This document shows, piece after piece, positions 41,801 to 54,120 of a DNA stretch of 64,000 nt. The stretch is from Schmidtea polychroa (taxonomy: Eukaryota). Location: the NCBI GenBank assembly GCA_044892525.1, contig CM097885.1:8434001-8498000 (forward strand). The letters run 5' to 3'. Numbering within the stretch: the first letter of the stretch is position 1; each line of letters starts with the position of its first letter. The position numbers and the translations under genes were made by a program. The notes under the pieces are model-generated. The model was not told where the DNA came from. It saw nothing but the letters and a program-made list of their open reading frames with translations, and did no database searches.

Positions 41801-43276
41801 CATAAGAACATTGTATTCTCATGTGAAACTGAGAAGGATTCGTGCATAGCAGTAGTATGATGTGAGCTCCCCAGATCAGGAGCTCCCCGCGCCACATATA
41901 CCCCCTCCCCCCCCCCCCCCCGGGAAAAAAAAATTTTTTTTTTAATTTTTTGTTTTAATTAATTGGCCTGGCGGGCTCACACTTTTTTTCATCCCAAAAA
42001 TTAATGTTCCCACCAACGGATTTTATTGGACGATACCTCATCTTAAAGCTCAGTCCAAGACCTTTCGATTGATCCATAGAAGGTATCATCATCATTAATA
42101 TTGACAAAGTTATTAACAATCGATGACCACCATCTTTTCAACGTTAAATTATTATTATTATTCAAAATATTATTAATTGGCCGGGCGGGCTCACACTTTT
42201 TTTCATCCCAAAAATTAATGTTCCCATTATCCGAATTTATTAATCGATAGCTTATTTTGAAGCGTAGTCTGAGACCTTTCAATTGAGCCATAGAAGGTAT
42301 CATCATCATTAACATCGGCAAAGTTATTAAAGTTTTACCGAGACCATTTTTCAAGGTCATTTATTTTTCAAAATATTATTTTCAAGGTCAAGGTCAAGGT
42401 CATTTATTTTTTTTCAAGGTCATTTATTTTTTCAAGGTCATTTATTTTTTCAAGGTCATTTATTTTTTCAAGGTCATATTTTAAAATTTAAATGTACAGA
42501 GTTCCCGACAACGATAATTATTCAACGATAGCTCATTTTAAAGCGCAATGCAAGACCTTTCGATTGATTCATAGAAGGTATCATCATCATTATTATTGAC
42601 AAAGTTATTAACAATTGATGACCACCATCTTTTCAACGTTAAATTATTATTATTATTCAAAATATTATTAATTGGCCGGGCGGTGACATACTTTTTCTCA
42701 TCCCAAAAATTGATGTTCCCACCAACGGATTTTATTGGACGATACCTCATTTTAAAGCCCAATGCAAGACCTTTCGAATGAGCTAATGAAGGTATCATCA
42801 TCATTATTATTGACAAAGTTATTAACATTTTACCAAAAATCATTTTCAAGGTCATATAATTATTAATTGGCCTGGCGGGCCCCTACTCTTTTTCATCCCA
42901 AAAATTAATGTTCCCATTATCCGACCTTTCGAATGAGCCATAGAAGGTATCATCATCATTAATATTAACAAAGAGAATGACTCACCCAATGACTCACCCA
43001 ACGATGTCTAATATTTTTAGAACGATGACTCATCAAGGTCAAGGTCAAATTTTTAATAAAAGGTCAAGGTCATTTATTATTTCCAAGGTCATTTATTTTT
43101 TCAAGGTCATTTATTTTTTCAAGGTCATTTAATTTTCAAGGTCATTTATTATTTTCAAGGTCATTTATTTTTTCAAGGTCATTTATTTTTTCAAGGTCAT
43201 TTACTTTTCAAGGTCATTTAATTTTCAAGGTCATTTATTAAAATAATTATTATTTTCTAAGTTTTTAGTTTCTAAG

Positions 43277-43351
<75 letters not shown>

Positions 43352-46300
43352 CTATCCGACAAAATATTCTGTCCCCCTATGGGTATTGCTAGCAAGGGTA
43401 CTGGTCACATTCAACATGTCGCAAGGGTACTGTTTACAAAATTACTGGTAAAAATATTCAAGACAAAACTTTCTAAATTCTAAATATTATTCTTTAAATA
43501 TACACTAAAATTTATTAACACATTCACATTCATCATCTCCACAGTTCATAACATTTTCAACAACATGATCTATACAATCCCTATATACACACGGTTCAGT
43601 ATCCATAAATTCCTCCATAGGTTCATCAATTTCTTGAATGCTTTCCTCATCATTTTGAGTGTTTTCTTCATCTGTTTCATCAAATTTCGAATCTTCACTC
43701 TCTGCTACCCAGTCTATATTTAATGCGTTTGTAACAGATAATATATCCGCCATTTTCACACCAGATATTTCTGCTAATTTTTCCAATAAAAAGTTTATTA
43801 TAAATTCTAAATATTAAATAATTCGATAATTAACTAATCATATTAACCTTTTTCTGTAGTCATTATTAGTATTTTAAAACTATAGTATATATTTGTTTAT
43901 AGAAAATATAGAATATAAGCGAAAACAAATATGACTAAATACATTTATTAAATACAACATTAAAATAACTGTGAAAGTCTAGCAGACATAATTTTCCAAA
44001 TTGGAGAATACACATCATTATTATCAACTTTATATCCTTGGATTGTAATTGTTATATACCAATTTTCGTTTTCTTTGAAACTGATTTCATCAAAGGAATC
44101 ATAAAATTTTGCATATCGGTTGTTGAAAAATGCATTTTGATTGCATGATAGATTCGTATTCAACCTTTTGAAAACATCATCTATGGTTTTAATATCTAAC
44201 ATTGAAAGCGTGCCGGTTAAGCTGTTAATTCTACATTTACCAGTTTTGAAATATATTATTGGATATTTATTACTTCTATTGATAAGTTGTTGTGGTTTCC
44301 CTATTGGAAATACCATTTTTGATACATCAGTTTTTGCCCTGTAATTTATATTTGAAAGCATTTTAATGAAATAATTTTAAAAACTTTGATATATATAGGT
44401 ATTTAAAAACAGAGTTCATTTAAATTATCAATATAAACAATAATTATATAGTTTAAATTTAAAAAATGGAATTACGAAATGATGCAGTATACCAAATCGT
44501 TGGTCCAAGTGGTAGCGGGAAAACTTTATTTGTTTGTAAATTACTAAAATCAAATTTGTTTAAAACAAAATTCAACAATATTTATTGGCATAGGGGCGCC
44601 GACGAAGAACACGGATTGACGCAATCAAGTTTCTGTCAGTTGAAAAACATGAAAATAGTAAAGGGCTTTGATAAAAACTGGTCAAGTCGTTTGAAGAAAG
44701 ATGATGTCATCATTATCGATGATTTGTATCAAGAAGCCAATAAAGAAAAGGACTTTAATAATTTATTCACAAAAATCAGCAGACATGTTGGTGTAACAGT
44801 TATTTTCATAACACAAAATCTATTTCATCAAGGTGGTGCACATCGAACACGTAATTTAAATGTACAATATTTAGTTATTTTCAAGAATCCTAGAGATGCA
44901 ACTGTCATTGATTTTCTTGGACGACAAGCATACCCTAATAACCGTAATTTTCTTATCAGTGCATTTCAAGATGCCACGAAAATACCGCATGGGTATATAT
45001 TTCTCGATTTCACACAACAATGCCCTGATGATATACGGGTAAAAACAGATATTTTCAACCCAAAAGGTGCCATGGTATATAAACAAAGTTCAAAACAAAT
45101 TTGAAAACATATAAATCATGTTTTCAAAAACAAGGATATCGGGTAAAAAACAACCAAAAGTTCCACCAACAACTAGTTATACTCCATCTAAAGATCTTAT
45201 TACAGAAAATTTTCCTGCAATGAATCTTATTTCGAAAAATCCTAAACCTAAACCTAAAAGTAAAACCACTAAGAAAGTAAAAGTTGTTAAAAATCATCGG
45301 AGTTTCCCGTTTTTCAATACATTGTTAAAGGCACCAAGTATGAAAAGAAACAGTATTTTGCAATCATTTCCAAATTATGTTGTCGATGATTTACTCGATA
45401 TTATACTTAAAGTAGTCAAAGGCAAGATTAAAATCAGTAAATCTAAAAAGCAATTATTGAGTAAACATAGGAAACCTTTGCTATCATTAGTAAATAATAA
45501 AAATCGTCAACAAATGAGAAAAATTATATATAAACAACAAGGGGGATTTATCGGTGCATTGATACCTTTAGCAATATCATTATTAGGTGGAATAATAGGA
45601 AGTCGATCATAAACAATGGGTGCTAATCCTTCATTACCAGACATTAAATTTAATATTAAATCTTCTTGTTGTAATGGAGAAGATTTGGACGAACCCGGAA
45701 GACGAAGCCGGTTTTGGTGGAGTGGCAAAATTAAGGAAAAGAGTTCCGAATTCGAAAAAGGAAACTCAGAAGTGGTTATCAGACCAGCTTGCGTACAGTT
45801 TGAACAAACCAATGCAGAAACGATTCCCAACAAGAGCATATAAAACATATGGAATAAATGATTTATGGCAAATGGATTTGATGGAGATGATACCTTATTC
45901 GAAAATTAACAATGGGTATAAATATATTTTAACATGTATTGATGTATTCAGTCGGTTTGCCCGAGCAATACCCGTCAAGGCAAAATCTGCAGATGAAATG
46001 TCCAAAGCTGTTAATCATTTATTTAAAGATGGACATCCTAAAAACTTGCAAACTGATTTAGGTATTAATATTATTATTTTTATTATTATTATTATTATTT
46101 TAGGTAAAGAATTCTACAACAGTAAAGTCAAGCAAATCCTCAATAAAATGAAAATAAACCATTACTCAGTACATTCTCAATACAAAGCTGCTCATGTTGA
46201 AAGATTTAACCGAACTTTGAGAGATAGATTAAAGAAATTATTCGTGCATCAAGGTAATAAAAAATGGGTATTGATTTTACCAAAAATAATAACCAGTTAT

Positions 46301-49300
46301 AATCACTCATCACATCAAGGACTGAATGGATTAAGGCCGATTGATATCACGTCAAAAACAATCTATTCTAAAAAACCTGAAAAAATTACAAAACCGAAAT
46401 ATAAAGTAGGTGACCATGTTAGAATTAGTAAAATTAGTGCATCACCATTTATTAAAAATTTTGATACGAATTGGAGTGATGAAGTCTTTGTAATTTCAAA
46501 AATAAATACTAAACAGAATCCTGTAATGTATGTCATCAAAGACAATGATAACAATATTGTACAAGGAAAATTTTATGAGCAGGAATTACAAGTTATTCCT
46601 CCCCCAAAAGTATTTAGAATTCAGAAGATTTTGAAAACTAAAAATAAAGGCAAGGATAAACAATACTATGTCAAATGGCATGGTTATCAAAACCCATCAT
46701 GGATATCAGAAAAGGATCTAGTAAAGTGAATTTTTATACTATTTTACCAAGCAATAGTTGCCCGCTTATTCATCCAGATAATCAAGCCAGTAAATTCATG
46801 GTCAATCTCCAGAATCCGATTTCTTTAAATGGTGACTGGGAAGTTGCACTGCAAGATTTTACATTCGTGTACAATACATTCCCATTTTATAGTCAATGTA
46901 AGATTGATTTCAAAAGGAATGCTATGAAAACATGTAGTGGTATCTTTATTATCAGTAATTATGATAAAACATCATATTCCGAATCAAATATTAGATCAGC
47001 ACTGCTCTATGTTTTACAAGGATGGATTAAATATCAGTTGTGATTTTAAACCATTTACAATAACATTCGAATATATTGAAGATGCCAAACGATTGGGTTG
47101 CAATAAGTTGAAAAATGAAGTTATGGAAACAGATTACTTATTACGCTTTGATCTATTTGAAGCAAACAGTGTAATGAGAGAAGAAATCAAAATATCAGTG
47201 TCGTATAATAATGAAGTTGAAGAATCATTCACCTTCGCTGACGAATTATATATTGATAAACTTGATGTGTTACTTAAATATTTAAAGTATAATTGTTCAC
47301 ACATATTTAAAAGTTTGGACATTGTGAAAGATTTGTTATTTACCTTCAGTTTGAATGATGACATTTGCGAAGTTACATTTGATAAAAATTTGACAAATAC
47401 ACTTGGATTAGAGAAGCAGCAATATCGGGAAAAATCGGCTGGTATACGTAAACCAAGAATACTTGAACATCATCAACAAATGTTCATATATACTAATATT
47501 ATTGAGCCTATAATAGTTGGTGATTCCAGTGTTCCTCTATTGAAATCGGTGTGGATTGGAAAATATGAACATGATGAAGTTGTCAATATAAATATAGATA
47601 ATCCCATGTATTTACCAATTTCAAGCTCATGTATAAACAATATAGAAATAAATATTCGTGACGATAGTGGAAAACTTATAAACTTCCCAAAAGACTCAAA
47701 AACTCATTTGACACTACATTTTCGTAAAGTAGATGGCTAATTCCGATATTATTAGTATGTATAGTGATAGCCAATCTGGTGGTGAATTACCATATTTTAT
47801 TGGTAAACAGTATGGATCAGGTTGGTTAAAAACAATAGGGAGATTTGCACTTCCCATTCTTAAACGTATTGGTAGTTTTGGCATGAAAACTGCAAAAGAT
47901 GTGATTATGAATGAACAGAAAATATTACCATCCCTAAAAACAAATGCTTTAGCTGAGTTAGGGAAGGTTCTACCTGGAGTTGCTGGTATGTTTCAAAAAG
48001 ATACACCTCCAGTCCCAGCTCCAAAACGTAAAGGGCATGGAATATCGCGTATAAACAAACGAATGAAAGGACATGGAACTATATTTGCAAAATGATTTGT
48101 GGTAAATCCGAATTATGTATATTTGATAGACCGTCGCCCCAGGCAGTAATAGAATTTGGTGCCTTTGAGGAAGTTTTTCCTATGAATTCAATTACTGATA
48201 GTAGAAATGATATCGAGTTTTATATTAATGGTTCGCAAACTGAATATTTAGATTTGAACGATACTTTATTGACTGTTCAGATCAAGGTTGTAGATAAAGA
48301 TAGAAAGGTTTTGGATGCCAATGCGGATGTATTACCAAACAATTTCATGTTTCATACTCTGTTTAAAGATGCAGTGTTGGGATTTAATAATATCAAGATT
48401 GAGGGTGGAAATAATACATTCATTCACAAGGCTTTGATAGAAACTATTTTAAATTACAATTCAGATACTAAAAATACCTGTCTTACACCTATGGGTTATG
48501 CAGCAGCAGATGATGAAAGAAAAAAGTGGGTTAAAGGTTCAAAAGTATTCACTATGTGCTCATCATTACAACTTGATTTTATGGATCAACCGAAATATTT
48601 ACTACCGGGAGTTAATATACATATTAGACTGAAAAGATCTGATTCTGCATTGTCTCTTACTAGTGCAACTGGTGCACCAATATGTCAATTAGTTGATGCA
48701 AAATTATTGGTGAGAAGAGTTCGAGTAGACCCGTCAGTATTAGCTGGTCATCAATTGGGGCTTAATTCAAAACATGCAATTTATCCTTTAAAAACAAAGG
48801 AAATTGTACAATTTGCTATTGCTAAAGGTGCTTCATCATTCTATAAAGAACAAATATTTGGTGACAGAAGAATGCCTAATTTTATTCTGGTAACATTTCA
48901 AAGTGAAACGCAATATAATGGATCGTATACTGCTTCCAGCTCAAATTTCAAAAATTTTGGTGTTACTTCATTGACTTTATCGAAAAATACTGATTATAGA
49001 GAAACATATACTCAAGATTTCGAGAATGATAATTACTGTGCGACATATATGCAGAGTATTGTTAGAAATCTGGGTTATTTAGATAAAAACTTGAATTGCG
49101 GAATAACTCTTGAAGAATTTAAAAGCAAATACCCATTTTTCACATTTGTTTTAGCTCCCGATTTTGATTTAAATCAGAGTCAATTACCACAAAACGGGAA
49201 TTTACGACTGGATATAAAGTTTGCAAAGGCCATTACTGAACCAGTACATGTTATAATATATGGAGTATTTGAAAATGAAGTTCAAATTACTGCAAATAGA

Positions 49301-49757
49301 ACCGTGCTAGTATAAATGTATACAGAAACACCAAAAAGTTGTCATGGAGTAAGCTTTTCAATACTGTTTAATTTATTAAAGTAGTTCTGTTCAGGTCAAT
49401 AGAATTGGAAAACAGATATTGGGAAATGAATTTGTAGGAGTTTTTCCTCTCGATAAAATCCCATATTTGAGCAATAATCAAGCCATAATCGTCAATACTC
49501 AATCGTCTCATCTTGGTGGAGAACATTGGATTGCTATATATGTGAAACCTAGTAATATATTCGTGTTCGATCCTATGGGTTTCTATTACCCTGCTTTGTT
49601 GGTATCAAAACTACAAACAATGGGGAAACCTATTGTATATAATAAAACAATGTTTCAAAATCCCTTGACACAAACATGCGGTCAACATTGTTTAGCTTGG
49701 TTGTTGTATAAAAAATTTGATGATTAATAAATGTATTTTGTATCCTTTGTTGTTGTT

Positions 49758-49788
<31 letters not shown>

Positions 49789-52556
49789 TTATTTCTATTA
49801 TATGAGCTACTAACGAATTAAAATATTTTAATAATGTGATAAACTTTTATTTAATAAAGTATTTAATCCCCAAATGATTATTTTATTACATAAGAAACCG
49901 TGAATTGTATTTGGCAGAGTAATTATGATAAATTCCGATTTTAAATTTTGATTAAGTCCTTTAATATTAACAATTTATTATTAAATTTACTATTTTACAC
50001 TAAATATTTCAAAAACAAATATTCCAAAAGATAATTTAAGATACATTACTCTTTTTAATGAAAATGAGCACTGAAAGTTAAAAGGTACACTCGAAAACTC
50101 ACTCAAATATAACCGAAAGTTATAAAACAACAAAACTAAATTCGTTTAAATATTTTATAGCAATTGGTAGTTCTTATAATTTCCTAACTTTAATGAAGAT
50201 TCTTACCACCTGAGAATAATATTGTTAATTTATCTCGGTGTTATTAAAATTATCTTTCGACTTTACGCTTCTTACCATTTTAGAATAAGATTTTTTATCA
50301 AATTTGACTGATTCAATTTGATGGAGTTATTGTTAATTCGTTTTATTATATATACTCTGAGTTTATCTGACAAGATATTTTCTCCCTCTATGGGTACTGT
50401 TCACAATTGGTACTGCTCGTAAGGGTACTGGTCGTAAAGGTACTGGTGTGTTTTATTTAGGCAAATTTTTGGTTATTATTTAGCATTAAATTCATTGGTA
50501 ATTTTTTAGAGTTAGCGGGATTTTACTAACATTTTTTTTTGTGAATTTCATGTTAATTGAAAGAATATTTAAGGTTTAGTGTTAATTCTAAGATAAATTT
50601 AATTAATTTCTTGATAATTTGCTATATTTTATTAATTTTGATGATGATGATGACTTTGTAATGATAATTTGACTAAATAATTTTTTCATATATTTTTCTA
50701 AGAATATTTACACATTGATGAACTTTAAAATATTGAAAATCTAAAGTTGAAACAATCTAATTTTTTCACGGTGATGATATATTTAAAATCTACTTGAAAA
50801 TTATTGTAAAATATACCTAAATTTAGTTTGAAAGATATATCATGTTATAATGGTTATAATTATGATCAATCAATGAGATATTATCATCTCTAGTTAGGTA
50901 TTTGATGACACATGTGGTTAAATATTTATTTTAATGAATTTTGATCTTTTAGTGGACTCTTTGAATTTAGCTACTAAATTATTTCAATGGAAGAATGTCT
51001 GTGACAATTAAATAAAATTCATATTTTGAAGAATTTTCTATAGATTTTAAGATTTATTAAAGGGCACAAGTGGGTGAAATTATATTCGGTTGGATTTAGT
51101 GAAGGTTAAGATGGTAATATATACGATTTAAGGTGTTTTAAGGGGTAAAGATATTTGGTGAGGGATCGGTTAATGTTTTGAATATTTATATATTCTTATT
51201 GGTAAAATATCAAATTTTCAAGGGAAATAGTCAGCTATGAATAGTTCCTGTGAAATTATATCGTTTTAGAGGTTGTGATGAATGTTATTGCACAGTAATT
51301 TATGTTTCAGAACCAGTTTTTATTAATTATCCACGGTTTTATTAATGGGTAATGACTAATTTACTTGGTTTTGACAATGCAATATTTGAAATATTTAGAG
51401 ATAATTGATATCAAAGGTTATTGCTTTAAATTATTTTATTTAACATTTAAAGACGGACATTCATTATGAAGATAACGGTAACAAAAATATTGACTTAAAA
51501 GAGTTAGACATCGACAACTAAAGAAAATTTAACTTTCATGAAGGAAATTTATGATTTTAATTATATTTCCTGAAATTAAATAGGTTGAATATCAGTTAAT
51601 CTATTGAAGGAATATTGTTATCGGATGGATAAATGATATTTTGCTAAATTACCTTTGCTAAATATTATTTTAAATGACTAAAAATAACAAAATTAAGCAA
51701 TATTCATAAATTTATCGCACAAAATGTCCATGTTTTGGTTACTCAAACATCTTAAATTTCTCGCAAAGATATATTACGTCTAATGATCATCTAATTAAAT
51801 TAGAAAATAATTGTTACTTTATAATATATATTTCTAAATAATAGGCCCCTTAATTGGATAAATGATAACCATATTTCTATTATGACTCCTTTAATTATTT
51901 TTGCCTCAAACAAATTTACTCCAAATGATAAAGAATTTAAAATTATCAATGAATAATGACCATGTTTTTCTCATATTATTAACTATTGTAACGAACATTA
52001 GATGAATAAATTAATTTTTGCTTTAAATGACTACAAAGTTAACCAATAAATTAGTCGCTCGACATAAGTGTAAAGTTACATTTAAAATATTCACGAATTT
52101 CTGATCATCTCACTAAATTACCTAAGAATTTCTAAATGATTAATATAGCCTTGTGACATGTTGAATGTGACCAGTACCCTTGCTAGCAATACCCATAGGG
52201 GGACAGAATATTTTGTCGGATAGACTAGGAGTATATACACCCATGTTAAACAAGGTATGTGTATATAGAATGTATGTATAAAATTATCGCTCCATATTGA
52301 CAACTTCCTGTAAAGGCAAACACAGAATACTGCAAACATAATAATACTCTACCCCATAACTTAGTGTGTAAAAATTATTTAAGGTTTTTTCACTAATAAT
52401 AATAATAATTATAATAATAATAATAATAATAATAATAAAGTTTAATGGATTGTATATATGTGTAAAAAATATTTGAGGTTTTCACGAATATTGTTACAAA
52501 TAATTGTTAATGGGTTGTGTGTGTGTGTGTAAAAATATTTTAGGTTTTTAATATTG

Positions 52557-52621
<65 letters not shown>

Positions 52622-52855
52622 GTTTAATGGGTTGTATATGCGTGTAAAAAATATTTGAGGTTTTCACGAATATTGATAATAATAATGGTTTATGAGTGTT
52701 TTTATGTTTTTGACTAATATTTGCAATAATAATAATAATAAGTTTAATGAGTTGTATGTGTGTGTAAAAATATTTTAGGTTTTTAATATTGATAATAATA
52801 ATAATAATGGTTAATGGGTTGTGTGTGTAAACCATATTTTAGATTTTTCATTAAC

Positions 52856-52903
<48 letters not shown>

Positions 52904-53417
52904 TCCCGCGCGTGTTAATACTTTAAAAGAAAATATTGAAAATTTAAAAAATAATAATATTTATGCAAAGCATGTGCAATAATTATGTCTTTGTTAATTA
53001 AGTAAACTTTAGTATCAAAATACGTTTTTAAAATATATTTAAATTTTAAAATACCGCAACGTAATATATTTTGTTCTACCCCTTCATTGATTTAAGTTGG
53101 TCGGAATTTAATAATAATTATATTATACCCTTTGAGACATGTTGAATGTGAGAAGTACCCTTGTAACCATTACCTATGTAAGCAGTACACATAGGGGGGC
53201 AGAATATCTTGTCGGATAAACTCTGACTATATATGATAATAATAATAATAACTCCCGTGCGTGTTAAAATAAATAATAATACTTTGAACTTGTATTTGAA
53301 AATAATTTACGACATGTTGAATGTGAGTAGTACCCTTGTGACAATTACCCATGTGAGTAGTGCCCTTGTGAGCAATACCCTTAGGGGGACAAAATATCTT
53401 GTCGGATAGACTAAGAG

Positions 53418-53470
<53 letters not shown>

Positions 53471-54077
53471 TTAATATTAATAATAATAATAAATGACCTT
53501 GAAAAATAAATGACCTTGAAAAAATAATATTTTGAAAAAATAATATTTTGAAAAAATAAATGACCTTGAAAAATTTAATGATCACTTAATTAAAACAAAA
53601 AATTAAATTAAAAAATAACCTTGAAAAAAAAAAGACCTTTATGAGTCACGCGACCTTGAAAAAATAAATGACCTTGAAAAATAAATGACCTTGGGAATGA
53701 CCTTGAAAAAATAAATGACCTTGATGAAGCAGATGAAGAAAACACTCAAGATGATGAGGAAAGCATTCAAGAAATTGATGAACCTATGGAGGAATTTACG
53801 GATACTGAACCGTGTGTATATAGGGATTGTATAGATCATGTTGTTGAAAATGTTATGAACTGTGGAGATGATGAATGTGAATGTGTTAATAAATTTTAGT
53901 GTATATTTAAAGAATAATATTTAGAATTTAGAAAGTTTTGTCTTGAATATTTTTACCAGTAATTTTGTGAACAGTACCCATGTTACTTGTTGAGTGTGAG
54001 TAGTACCTTTGTGAGCAATACCCATAGGGGGACAGAATATCTTGTCGGATAGACTAGGAGTATATAATAATTATAAT

Positions 54078-54120
<43 letters not shown>

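Noticed and set aside
42043..42855. 105-aa ORFs in the arms (and mirrors at 54770-55301) as genes
   Set aside because: They lie in tandem repeats, frames shift between copies, and the ATGs come from the ATGACCTTGA motif. Kept only as a low-interest finding.
43032..43235. CRISPR-like appearance of the regular short repeats
   Set aside because: The spacers are 8-10 nt of near-identical A/T rather than unique spacers. The context is eukaryotic and there are no cas genes.
45620..45673. ORF-track start of the integrase and its apparent transmembrane stretch [13 protein letters not shown]
   Set aside because: 45620 is a GTG and the first ATG is at 45674. The hydrophobic stretch is the 42-nt intron.
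49344..49420. Alternative protease start (ATG at 49344, giving MESIELE after splicing)
   Set aside because: It needs an extra frameshift to reach the catalytic frame, whereas ATG 49316 is already in frame.
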